Of a DNA stretch of 64,000 bases, positions 22,214 through 34,900 are shown piece by piece. This stretch comes from Eimeria praecox (Eukaryota): positions 9,548,001-9,612,000 of the forward strand of contig OY986946.1 of NCBI GenBank assembly GCA_963920595.1. The letters are read 5' to 3'. The notes below the pieces were generated by a model, which was given only the letters and a program-made list of their open reading frames with translations, was not told where the DNA came from and made no database searches. How positions within the stretch are numbered: the first letter of the stretch is position 1; every line of letters begins with the position of its first letter. The translations under genes and the position numbers were made by a program.

Positions 22214-24559
22214 GTAAGTCACTGCTCGGTCGAGGATCAAATCTTCCGGCGAAGTGGGGTATTTCCCTATTGTACAGTTGTCCTTTGCATTCACGCGGGG
22301 TTAAGCCGCCCGACTACAATTGTAGCTTTTATGGCTGTTACCTGCCCATGTACTCAAGTCCTACAGACCGGAGTGATTGACGGATCGTATGATTCGTGTG
22401 TAGTCCTTCCGATAAGCATACAACCTGGGCCGAGGTACGCGGCTGCAAAGTGTGAAAGAAGCATGCTCCGCTCTCGCTTCAGCGGAAAACGATTTCGCAG
22501 CCTTGATGGTCTAACTTGCATGAGAAGGCGAGGAATGATAGTGCACCCTACGCCAGAGGCGGATGCGTGAGGCGCTGATGAGCAGCAGTATGCATCCAGT
22601 AATTCGTCAGCATTCCGGCTTAGCGTGTACAGCATCCAGTACATTGGATTGTCCACTGCCTGTGCTGGTCGCTTTTCGAAAGCAAACGCAGCTGGACTCC
22701 AACCGACCTGCCCTTGCTGTTTTGGGAACTCTTGGCCGTTGATGGTGAAACGAGTCAAGTGCAGCTTCCAAGCGTGGTTTGCCGTTAATACGTAGTGGTT
22801 GGTGGTCGATCAGCACTTGTGGCAGAGACATTTCGTTTCACGGCCTTTCTTCGCTGGTAGGACGACGCTAGAGGGAGGGTTTACCGTGAGGTAGCAGTCA
22901 CTTTCCGCAAAGCAGCTGCATTGGTGTCGGGCATTGCTATTCGCCTGGCGAGTAAAGGATCGTGCTTTAAAAGGGGTTCTGGTTCTGGAACAGGTTGCAG
23001 ATACACGTGGTATTTACTGCTCTTGCAGCGTTTGGTTTGCTAAACCGAACGTAGTGGGCGCCTAGCGGTATTTAGGGCGCGGTGCATTGACCAACTAGGG
23101 GGGAAAACTTCTGAGGCTTGTATGCGAGGTCACAATGAACATTTCACAGGGCAAGTAACAGACTATTTCGCGGTACTGTGTTGAATTTGCACGTGGGTTG
23201 TGCCGGGGGGAGGTGGGGGTTGTGCACCTTCTAGGATTCTGCGGATTTTGTGGACCTAGTTAGTTCAAATGCTTAGGACGACTGCACGGTAGTTGTATGT
23301 CTACAGCGTTGTGAGGAGGACGTGCAAGCATCTTGCGGGCCGGGGTGCTTTAGCTGTTGCGGAGTGTGAACCGCTGGGCATAAACTACTGCAGCGCCTCT
23401 GCGGGTGTGATTTGTGAGTGGTGACCGTGCAGTGCCCTCAGGGTCTTGCTGGAGTGCATTTGGCCTGCGTGCGTACGATAGGACCAATGGACAAATTTGG
23501 CGAACTAACGAACGTGCGGCCTAAGCACTTTGCAGACTCCTCACCAAGGCGGCTCCCTGGGCGCATTGCTGGTCCGGGATCCGCTTTTGTGCAAACTGAG
23601 TCGCTTTTTTGCGCAGACGCAGTCGCCGGCTCAGGACGGGCGTCGCGTAGTGGCTAGAGGGCTTGGCGATTCGCCTCCTATGTTCTGTTAATGCTCCACC
23701 CTCCTTTGGGGTGCCAGTTCAACATGATTAAGCGCATTGGGGACAAGGGATGGGACGGCGTGCATGCTACAAAGTTGCTTAGTTGTGTCGCGGCTGTCGT
23801 GCTCTGTGCGCTGCCTGTGCAGGGAGTGCGTTGCGCAGCCCCCGGACGCAGCACTATTGAATACTCCAGCACAAGGCGGAGCAAACGCGTTTTTGGTGTT
23901 ACCAGGCGTTGCATCGGTTCCCCATTGACTTGGTAGATGTGGAACTGGCATTTCTAGCTTGCACTGCAGGATCATCCTTAATCCTAGTTTGCGTGTGGCC
24001 TAATTGAATAAACTGCCCCAAGTACTTCGAGTTGCAAGCTAAATATGTTGTGCCGAGAGTGCTGCTTTGCGCACAGCCGATGGTCTGTACAGAAGGCGCA
24101 TTGGTAGATTGGCTGCGTGTTTGGTGAAGCGCACGCCTCGAGCAGCACCCAGTGGAAATGAGAAAGAAAATGACCCGTTGTTGTGCCTTTTGGGTGCGGA
24201 ACACACGCATGTGCCTAAAATTGAATGCCTTGCCTTGGTGGGCGTGGCGGTCTGATTAATGCCTTGCTTCTTAGCGTCTCGGGCGCAGCTGGAATGTCCC
24301 GCTATGGACAACGTGTAGTAGTATAGTTAGTATCCACTCGTGAACTGTCTATATAGTCGCTTTCATGATGAGCGTGAGAGCTGGCCAGGTGCACTGTGCT
24401 GTTCGTGTAGAGCTGCTGCAGAAGGGAACAGCTTGGTGCTGGAGCAGAGAATCCAGCCGGGAAAACCACGGAGTTGAGCACTTGGTATTGCCTAAGCTTG
24501 TTCCTCGCAAACCATGCTGCACATGGGCCTAACCTGATTAAGGCAAGGCGCGGTAACAG

Positions 24560-25500
24560 ATATCTACTACTCCTCACGTGCCAGGCATCAAGGGGCGTGC
24601 GAGGGAAAATATGGGCTTCAACGACTAGTGCGTTACGGAAGAAGACCAACAACGGCGATGGGCATGAGGCGTTGGTTTTTAGAGGAGGCAGTGATGTGCG
24701 AGCAGTAAAACGTATTGGGGTGTTGGTTTGGATTTTGACGTTTGGTGCGTGCTGGTAGCAGCACACGCGGGTTGTATGAGGAGGGAGGCTCCCAATTCTG
24801 CCGCGCATTGGACGACTGCTGTACCAACGGAAGACGCTTGTCTGCAGGTGGATCAGGACCGTGATACGGTGCATGCAGTGCGTCTGGCGATGAGCAAGGA
24901 ATACGATGTACTCCCATCACTGTCTGTTTGATGGCTGTTTAAGATGATAAGATGAACGCTCGCGCCCGGCGGCTGCAGGCAATTTTACTGTCGGGCAGCG
25001 TTGTGCAACCTTGGAGGCTGGTTGCTTCTGTATAACGAATGATGGAGCGCGACGTCATAGACTTTGCGTGAAAATGTCCTTGTTTTAATTGGTTATTTGT
25101 CGTAGGGCGCGCCTCATGTGGAAGGACGGCAGGAGGAAATCCGGGAATTCCAAGCGCATGAGCGTCCCAGGGCATAACCACTGGTAGCGGTGTGCATAGG
25201 GTGTTGAGTGTAAGGGGGGGACTGATATGTGAGCAGTAAGATGCGCTGGGCTGTTGGTGTGGGTTTTGAAGCTTGACACGTGCTGGCAGTGTATGCAGGT
25301 GGTGACTTGTGCGCGCCTTTGGGAGGGTATTTAAGCTACTTGCAAAGACGGTTGTGGATGTGCAGTGCGCAGTAGGAGAGCAAGAAGCTTTGTCGCGTCT
25401 GGCCCGTTGCACCGACTGCATAGAGTAGAAGCTGCTTGCGGGATGATCGTGGATAGTGTGCTCGTCTTGCTGTCACTGCATGGGGTTTGTTGGCGCAGTG
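24560..25500. repeat. Old, diverged direct duplication (~530-545 bp period) flanking the satellite
   Basis: TGATGTGCGAGCAGTAAAACGTATTGGGGTGTTGGTTTGGATTTTGA..CGTGCTGG (~24692-24756) aligns with TGATATGTGAGCAGTAAGATGCGCTGGGCTGTTGGTGTGGGTTTTGA..CGTGCTGG (~25223-25287). GAGCAGTAA occurs at 24700 and 25231. Confidence 0.65.
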
Positions 25501-25999
25501 ATTGGGACCGTCTTTTCAGTAGGAATGGATGCGGTGCAGTTGGGGTTGTGAGTGTCGATATCAGCAAGGGGTAGCTGAGGCATCGCGTCGTGTTATTTGG
25601 AGCGTTTCTGTTCGTATGTCTGCTTTGGCAGGAGGACGTGAGCTGGCAGCATTGTAATGCATTCGTCGGTCAGCAGAGCAGAGTTTGCCACAGTGGCTGG
25701 CTTTATTGGGGGGGTCGGTGTGCCGGTGTATGGCAGACACGCATGCAGCACTTTTGCCAGTTGCCGGCATGAGGACATTTGCGCAGATCGTTTTGCTGCA
25801 TGCGTTTTGGGGAGTCGGGATGTGCCTTGATGATACAGGGAGTACGCCGGCAACTTTATCGTGCCTTTGTTGGCAATAAATGCGGTGGCTTTCTAGGGCT
25901 GTATCTTGAGATGAAGAAGCCGGTTGCACCGGCACCCTCATGATGAGACTCTAGTGGGCTTGAGCAAGGGATGCCTTGCCGCAGCTGGCGGCATTTTGT

Positions 26000-28900
26000 T
26001 TGGGTGGGTTGGTTAGTGGCAGTTGTGGAGGCAGCGCATTTATTGGTTGTGTGGGTGGGGACGTATTGGGGGCTCGTTTTGTTGCATGGGTTTGTGAATG
26101 GTGCGTTGTGCGTGTGATGGCACAGGCAGCATGCCGGGAGCTTTATTGTGGCATTGTTGGCAGTGGATGGGATGTGTTTGGAATGTTGTATGTTATGATG
26201 AGGGTGGAGGTTGCATGCATGGGTGTATAGGCGAGCGGCATTTCGGTGGGGCGTTAGTGGCCTTATGCATCAGACGGTTTGTCACAGCAGGCGACGTTTG
26301 TCTGTAAATGTTTGAGGTATGTGCTCAGCCAAAGGAAGTGCGTTCATCTGCAAGGGAGGCGTGATGAGATTGGATTGGATGGGTGTACCAGAGCTTTAGT
26401 TGGATGATGCGTTAGTGGGTTTGGGCAGCGGATGGTTTGTCCCAGCAGGCGACGTTTGCTTGCGTACGTTTGAGGTATTCGATCGGGTACAGCCAGTGTG
26501 TTTGGCTGCCTGCAAGGAATACGAAATTGTGTGGTGCAGTGTGTGTTTCGTTGCTGTTTTGTTTTTTTGTCGATGGGATGAGTGTTGTTGTTGTGTGGCT
26601 TCTGGCAGTTTTTTGGGTGCATGGGCTGCATGATATGTATTGTACTAATGCGTCGATGGTGCATCGCGTGTCGTAGCTTGTGCCGTGAGCTTGGCATTTG
26701 TAGATTCTGTATTGGCATAGATGGTTGGAGCTCCGCTCATTGATCGGTGGTGGGTGTGTGGAGGTGTAGGGTGGTCATTTTGGTGCATGGGTTTGTGGAT
26801 GGCACGTTGTGCGTTTGACGTTACAGGAAGTATGTTGGCGGCCTTTGTGCGGTTTTGTTGGCCATTGGGGTGGTGGCTTTGGATGGTTAGTGCCGGATTG
26901 TATTGCATTCGCCAGTCCATGAAGCAGCGGTTAGCATTATGTGTGGATGGATTGTGGGCTGGAGGGCGAGCGTTGTTGTTTGCGGGAGGGCAGCTTGGGT
27001 GGGTTGGTTAGTGGCAGTTCTGGAGGCAGCGCATTTATTGGTTGTGTGGGTGGGGACGTATTGGGGGCTCGTTTTGTTGCATGGGTTTGTGAATGGTGCG
27101 TTGTGCGTGTGATGGCACAGGCAGCATGCCGGGAGCTTTATTGTGGCATTGTTGGCAGTGGATGGGATGTGTTTGGAATGTTGTATGTTATGATGAGGGT
27201 GGAGGTTGCATGCATGGGTGTATAGGCGAGCGGCATTTCGGTGGGGCGTTAGTGGTCTTATGCATCAGGCGGTTTGTGACAGCAGGCGACGTTTGTCTGT
27301 AAATGTTTGGGATATGTGCTCAGCCAAAGGAAGTGCGTTCATCTGCAAGGGAGGCGTGATGAGATTGGATTGGATGGGTGTACCAGAGCTTTAGTTGGAT
27401 GATGCGTTAGTGGGTTTGGGCAGCGGATGGTTTGTTCCAGCAGGCGACGTTTGCTTGCATACGTTTGAGGTATTCGATCGGGTACAGCCAGTGTGTTTGG
27501 CTGCATGCAAGGAATACGAAATTGTTTGGTGCAGTGTGTGTTTCGTTGCTGTTTTGTTTTTTTGTCGATGGGATGGGTGTTGTTGGTGTGTGGCTTCTGG
27601 CAGTTTTTTGGGTGCATGGGCTGCATGATATGTATTGTACTAATGCGTCGATGGTGCATCGCGTGTCGTAGCGTGTGCCGTGAGCTTGGCATTTGTAGAT
27701 TCTGTATTGGCATAGATGGTAGGAGCTCCGCTCATTGATCGGTGGTGGGTGTGTGGAGGTGTAGGGTGGTCATTTTGGTGCATGGGTTTGTGGATGGCAC
27801 GTTGTGCGTTTGACGTTACAGGAAGTATGTTGGCAGCCTTTGTGCGGTTTTGTTGGCCATTGGATTGGTGGCTTTGGATGGTTAGTGCCGGATTGTATTG
27901 CATTCGCCATTCCGTGAAGCAACGGTTAGCATTATGTGTGGATGGATTGTGGGCTGGAGGGCGAGCGTTGTTGGTTGCGGGAGGGTAGCTTGGCTGGGTT
28001 GGTTAGTGGCAGTTGTGGAGGCAGCGCATTTATTGGTTGTGTGGGTGGGGACGTATTGGGGGCTCGTTTTGTTGCATGGGTTTGTGAATGGTGCGTTGTG
28101 CGTGTGATGGCACAGGCAGCATGCCGGGAGCTTTATTGTGGCATTGTTGGCAGTGGATGGGATGTGTTTGGAATGTTGTATGTTATGATGAGGGTGGAGG
28201 TTGCATGCATGGGTGTATAGGCGAGCGGCATTTCGGTGGGGCGTTAGTGGTCTTATGCATCAGACGGTTTGTGACAGCAGGCGACGTTTGTCTGTAAATG
28301 TTTGGGGTATGTGCTCAGCCAAAGGAAGTGCGTTCATCCGCAAGGGAGGCGTGATGAGATTGGATTGGATGGGTGTACCAGAGCTTTAGTTGGATGATGC
28401 GTTAGTGGGTTTGGGCAGCGGATGGTTTGTCCCAGCAGGCGACGTTTGCTTGCGTACGTTTGAGGTATTCGATCGGGTACAGCCAGTGTGTTTGGCTGCC
28501 TGCAAGGAATACGAAATTGTTTGGTGCAGTGTGTGTTTCGTTGCTGTTTTGTTTCTTTGTCGATGGGATGGGTGTTGTTGGTGTGTGGCTTCTGGCAGTT
28601 TTTTGGGTGCATGGGCTGCATGGTATGTATTGTACTAATGCGTCGATGGTGCATCGCGTGTCGTAGCTTGTGCCGTGAGCTTGGCATTTGTAGATTCTGT
28701 ATTGGCATAGATGGTTGGAGCTCCGCTCATTGATCGGTGGTGGGTGTGTGGAGGTGTAGGGTGGTCATTTTGGTGCATGGGTTTGTGGATGGCACGTTGT
28801 GCGTTTGACGTTACAGGAAGTATGTTGGCAGCCTTTGTGCGGTTTTGTTGGCCATTGGGGTGGTGGCTTTGGATGGTTAGTGCCGGATTGTATTGCATTC

Positions 28901-31900
28901 GCCATTCCGTGAAGCAACGGTTAGCATTATGTGTGGATGGATTGTGGGCTGGAGGGCGAGCGTTGTTGGTTGCGGGAGGGTAGCTTGGCTGGGTTGGTTA
29001 GTGGCAGTTGTGGAGGCAGCGCATTTATTGGTTGTGTGGGTGGGGACGTATTGGGGGCTCGTTTTGTTGCATGGGTTTGTGAGTGGTGCGTTGTGCGTGT
29101 GATGGCACAGGCAGCATGCCGGGAGCTTTATTGTGGCATTGTTGGCAGTGGATGGGATGTGTTTGGAATGTTGTATGTTATGATGAGGGTGGAGGTTGCA
29201 TGCATGGGTGTATAGGCGAGCGGCATTTCGGTGGGGCGTTAGTGGTCTTATGCATCAGGCGGTTTGTGACAGCAGGCGACGTTTGTCTGTAAATGTTTGG
29301 GATATGTGCTCAGCCAAAGGAAGTGCGTTCATCTGCAAGGGAGGCGTGATGAGATTGGATTGGATGGGTGTACCAGAGCTTTAGTTGGATGATGCGTTAG
29401 TGGGTTTGGGCAGCGGATGGTTTGTCCCAGCAGGCGACGTTTGCTTGCGTACGTTTGAGGTATTCGATCGGGCACAGGAGGTGTGTTTGGCTGCCTGCAA
29501 GGAATACGAAATTGTGTGGTGCAGTGTGTGTTTCGTTGCTGTTTTGTTTTTTTGTCGATGGGATGAGTGTTGTTGTTGTGTGGCTTCTGGCAGTTTTTTG
29601 GGTGCATGGGCTGCATGATATGTATTGTACTAATGCGTCGATGGTGCATCGCGTGTCGTAGCTTGTGCCGTGAGCTTGGCATTTGTAGATTCTGTATTGG
29701 CATAGATGGTTGGAGCTCCGCTCATTGATCGGTGGTGGGTGTGTGGAGGTGTAGGGTGGTCATTTTGGTGCATGGGTTTGTGGATGGCACGTTGTGCGTT
29801 TGACGTTACAGGAAGTATGTTGGCGGCCTTTGTGCGGTTTTGTTGGCCATTGGGGTGGTGGCTTTGGATGGTTAGTGCCGGATTGTATTGCATTCGCCAG
29901 TCCATGAAGCAGCGGTTAGCATTATGTGTGGATGGATTGTGGGCTGGAGGGCGAGCGTTGTTGTTTGCGGGAGGGCAGCTTGGGTGGGTTGGTTAGTGGC
30001 AGTTGTGGAGGCAGCGCATTTATTGGTTGTGTGGGTGGGGACGTATTGGGGGCTCGTTTTGTTGCATGGGTTTGTGAATGGTGCGTTGTGCGTGTGATGG
30101 CACAGGCAGCATGCCGGGAGCTTTATTGTGGCATTGTTGGCAGTGGATGGGATGTGTTTGGAATGTTGTATGTTATGATGAGGGTGGAGGTTGCATGCAT
30201 GGGTGTATAGGCGAGCGGCATTTCGGTGGGGCGTTAGTGGTCTTATGCATCAGGCGGTTTGTGACAGCAGGCGACGTTTGTCTGTAAATGTTTGGGGTAT
30301 GTGCTCAGCCAAAGGAAGTGCGTTCATCTGCAAGGGAGGCGTGATGAGATTGGATTGGATGGGTGTACCAGAGCTTTAGTTGGATGATGCGTTAGTGGGT
30401 TTGGGCAGCGGATGGTTTGTTCCAGCAGGCGACGTTTGCTTGCATACGTTTGAGGTATTCGATCGGGTACAGCCAGTGTGTTTGGCTGCATGCAAGGAAT
30501 ACGAAATTGTTTGGTGCAGTGTGTGTTTCGTTGCTGTTTTGTTTTTTTGTCGATGGGATGGGTGTTGTTGGTGTGTGGCTTCTGGCAGTTTTTTGGGTGC
30601 ATGGGCTGCATGATATGTATTGTACTAATGCGTCGATGGTGCATCGCGTGTCGTAGCGTGTGCCGTGAGCTTGGCATTTGTAGATTCTGTATTGGCATAG
30701 ATGGTAGGAGCTCCGCTCATTGATCGGTGGTGGGTGTGTGGAGGTGTAGGGTGGTCATTTTGGTGCATGGGTTTGTGGATGGCACGTTGTGCGTTTGACG
30801 TTACAGGAAGTATGTTGGCAGCCTTTGTGCGGTTTTGTTGGCCATTGGATTGGTGGCTTTGGATGGTTAGTGCCGGATTGTATTGCATTCGCCATTCCGT
30901 GAAGCAACGGTTAGCATTATGTGTGGATGGATTGTGGGCTGGAGGGCGAGCGTTGTTGGTTGCGGGAAGGCAGCTTGGGTGGGTTGGTTAGTGGCAGTTC
31001 TGGAGGCAGCGCATTTATTGTTGTGTGGGTGGGGACGTATTGGGGGCTCGTTTTGTTGCATGGGTTTGTGAATGGTGCGTTGTGCGTGTGATGGCACAGG
31101 CAGCATGCCGGGAGCTTTATTGTGGCATTGTTGGCAGTGGATGGGATGTGTTTGGAATGTTGTATGTTATGATGAGGGTGGAGGTTGCATGCATGGGTGT
31201 ATAGGCGAGCGGCATTTCGGTGGGGCGTTAGTGGTCTTATGCATCAGACGGTTTGTGACAGCAGGCGACGTTTGTCTGTAAATGTTTGGGGTATGTGCTC
31301 AGCCAAAGGAAGTGCGTTCATCCGCAAGGGAGGCGTGATGAGATTGGATTGGATGGGTGTACCAGAGCTTTAGTTGGATGATGCGTTAGTGGGTTTGGGC
31401 AGCGGATGGTTTGTTCCAGCAGGCGACGTTTGCTTGCGTACGTTTGAGGTATTCGATCGGGTACAGCCAGTGTGTTTGGCTGCCTGCAAGGAATACGAAA
31501 TTGTTTGGTGCAGTGTGTGTTTCGTTGCTGGTTTGTTTTTTTGTCGGTGGGATGGGTGTTGTTGGTGTGTGGCTTCTGGCAGTTTTTTGGGTGCATGGGC
31601 TGCATGGTATGTATTGTACTAATGCGTCGATGGTGCATCGCGTGTCGTAGCTTGTGCCGTGAGCTTGGCATTTGTAGATTCTGTATTGGCATAGATGGTT
31701 GGAGCTCCGCTCATTGATCGGTGGTGGGTGTGTGGAGGTGTAGGGTGGTCATTTTGGTGCATGGGTTAGTGGATGGCACGTTGTGCGTTTGACGTTACAG
31801 GAAGTATGTTGGCAGCCTTTGTGCGGTTTTGTTGGCCATTGGGGTGGTGGATTTGGATGGTTAGTGCCGGATTGTATTGCATTCGCCATTCCGTGAAGCA

Positions 31901-34900
31901 ACGGTTAGCATTATGTGTGGATGGATTGTGGGCTGGAGGGCGAGCGTTGTTGGTTGCGGGAGGGTAGCTTGGCTGGGTTGGTTAGTGGCAGTTGTGGAGG
32001 CAGCGCATTTATTGGTTGTGTGGGTGGGGACGTATTGGGGGCTCGTTTTGTTGCATGGGTTTGTGAGTGGTGCGTTGTGCGTGTGATGGCACAGGCAGCA
32101 TGCCGGGAGCTTTATTGTGGCATTGTTGGCAGTGGATGGGATGTGTTTGGAATGTTGTATGTTATGATGAGGGTGGAGGTTGCATGCATGGGTGTATAGG
32201 CGAGCGGCATTTCGGTGGGGCGTTAGTGGTCTTATGCATCAGGCGGTTTGTGACAGCAGGCGACGTTTGTCTGTAAATGTTTGGGATATGTGCTCAGCCA
32301 AAGGAAGTGCGTTCATCTGCAAGGGAGGCGTGATGAGATTGGATTGGATGGGTGTACCAGAGCTTTAGTTGGATGATGCGTTAGTGGGTTTGGGCAGCGG
32401 ATGGTTTGTTCCAGCAGGCGACGTTTGCTTGCATACGTTTGAGGTATTCGATCGGGTACAGCCAGTGTGTTTGGCTGCATGCAAGGAATACGAAATTGTT
32501 TGGTGCAGTGTGTGTTTCGTTGCTGTTTTGTTTTTTTGTCGATGGGATGGGTGTTGTTGGTGTGTGGCTTCTGGCAGTTTTTTGGGTGCATGGGCTGCAT
32601 GATATGTATTGTACTAATGCGTCGATGGTGCATCGCGTGTCGTAGCGTGTGCCGTGAGCTTGGCATTTGTAGATTCTGTATTGGCATAGATGGTAGGAGC
32701 TCCGCTCATTGATCGGTGGTGGGTGTGTGGAGGTGTAGGGTGGTCATTTTGGTGCATGGGTTTGTGGATGGCACGTTGTGCGTTTGACGTTACAGGAAGT
32801 ATGTTGGCAGCCTTTGTGCGGTTTTGTTGGCCATTGGATTGGTGGCTTTGGATGGTTAGTGCCGGATTGTATTGCATTCGCCATTCCGTGAAGCAACGGT
32901 TAGCATTATGTGTGGATGGATTGTGGGCTGGAGGGCGAGCGTTGTTGGCTGCGGGAAGGCAGCTTGGGTGGGTTGGTTAGTGGCAGTTCTGGAGGCAGCG
33001 CATTTATTGTTGTGTGGGTGGGGACGTATTGGGGGCTCGTTTTGTTGCATGGGTTTGTGAATGGTGCGTTGTGCGTGTGATGGCACAGGCAGCATGCCGG
33101 GAGCTTTATTGTGGCATTGTTGGCAGTGGATGGGATGTGTTTGGAATGTTGTATGTTATGATGAGGGTGGAGGTTGCATGCATGGGTGTATAGGCGAGCG
33201 GCATTTCGGTGGGGCGTTAGTGGTCTTATGCATCAGACGGTTTGTGACAGCAGGCGACGTTTGTCTGTAAATGTTTGAGGTATGTGCTCAGCCAAAGGAA
33301 GTGCGTTCATCTGCAAGGGAGGCGTGATGAGATTGGATTGGATGGGTGTACCAGAGCTTTAGTTGGATGATGCGTTAGTGGGTTTGGGCAGCGGATGGTT
33401 TGTCCCAGCAGGCGACGTTTGCTTGCGTACGTTTGAGGTATTCGATCGGGTACAGCCAGTGTGTTTGGCTGCCTGCAAGGAATACGAAATTGTTTGGTGC
33501 AGTGTGTGTTTCGTTGCTGGTTTGTTTTTTTGTCGATGGGATGGGTGTTGTTGGTGTGTGGCTTCTGGCAGTTTTTTGGGTGCATGGGCTGCATGGTATG
33601 TATTGTACTAATGCGTCGATGGTGCATCGCGTGTCGTAGCGTGTGCCGTGAGCTTGGCATTTGTAGATTCTGTATTGGCATAGATGGTTGGAGCTCCGCT
33701 CATTGATCGGTGGTGGGTGTGTGGAGGTGTAGGGTGGTCATTTTGGTGCATGGGTTTGTGGATGGCACGTTGTGCGTTTGACGTTACAGGAAGTATGTTG
33801 GCGGCCTTTGTGCGGTTTTGTTGGCCATTGGGGTGGTGGCTTTGGATGGTTAGTGCCGGATTGTATTGCATTCGCCATTCCGTGAAGCAACGGTTAGCAT
33901 TATGTGTGGATGGATTGTGGGCTGGAGGGCGAGCGTTGTTGGTTGCGGGAGGGTAGCGTGGGTGGGTTGGTTAGTGGCAGTTGTGGAGGCAGCGCATTTA
34001 TTGGTTGTGTGGGTGGGGACGTATTGGGGGCTCGTTTTGTTGCATGGGTTTGTGAGTGGTGCGTTGTGCGTGTGATGGCACAGGCAGCATGCCGGGAGCT
34101 TTATTGTGGCATTGTTGGCAGTGGATGGGATGTGTTTGGAATGTTGTATGTTATGATGAGGGTGGAGGTTGCATGCATGGGTGTATAGGCGAGCGGCATT
34201 TCGGTGGGGCGTTAGTGGTCTTATGCATCAGACGGTTTGTGACAGCAGGCGACGTTTGTCTGTAAATGTTTGAGGTATGTGCTCAGCCAAAGGAAGTGCG
34301 TTCATCTGCAAGGGAGGCGTGATGAGATTGGATTGGATGGGTGTACCAGAGCTTTAGTTGGATGATGCGTTAGTGGGTTTGGGCAGCGGATGGTTTGTCC
34401 CAGCAGGCGACGTTTGCTTGCGTACGTTTGAGGTATTCGATCGGGTACAGCCAGTGTGTTTGGCTGCATGCAAGGAATACGAAATTGTTTGGTGCAGTGT
34501 GTGTTTCGTTGCTGTTTTGTTTTTTTGTCGATGGGATGGGTGTTGTTGGTGTGTGGCTTCTGGCAGTTTTTTGGGTGCATGGGCTGCATGATATGTATTG
34601 TACTAATGCGTCGATGGTGCATCGCGTGTCGTAGCGTGTGCCGTGAGCTTGGCATTTGTAGATTCTGTATTGGCATAGATGGTAGGAGCTCCGCTCATTG
34701 ATCGGTGGTGGGTGTGTGGAGGTGTAGGGTGGTCATTTTGGTGCATGGGTTTGTGGATGGCACGTTGTGCGTTTGACGTTACAGGAAGTATGTTGGCAGC
34801 CTTTGTGCGGTTTTGTTGGCCATTGGATTGGTGGCTTTGGATGGTTAGTGCCGGATTGTATTGCATTCGCCATTCCGTGAAGCAACGGTTAGCATTATGT

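Noticed and set aside
26000..27000. The repeat unit as a 5S rRNA, tRNA, snRNA or rDNA tandem cluster
   Set aside because: I recognised no RNA-gene sequence on either strand, and the strong G/T skew disfavours ordinary stems. An Rfam/Infernal scan would be decisive.
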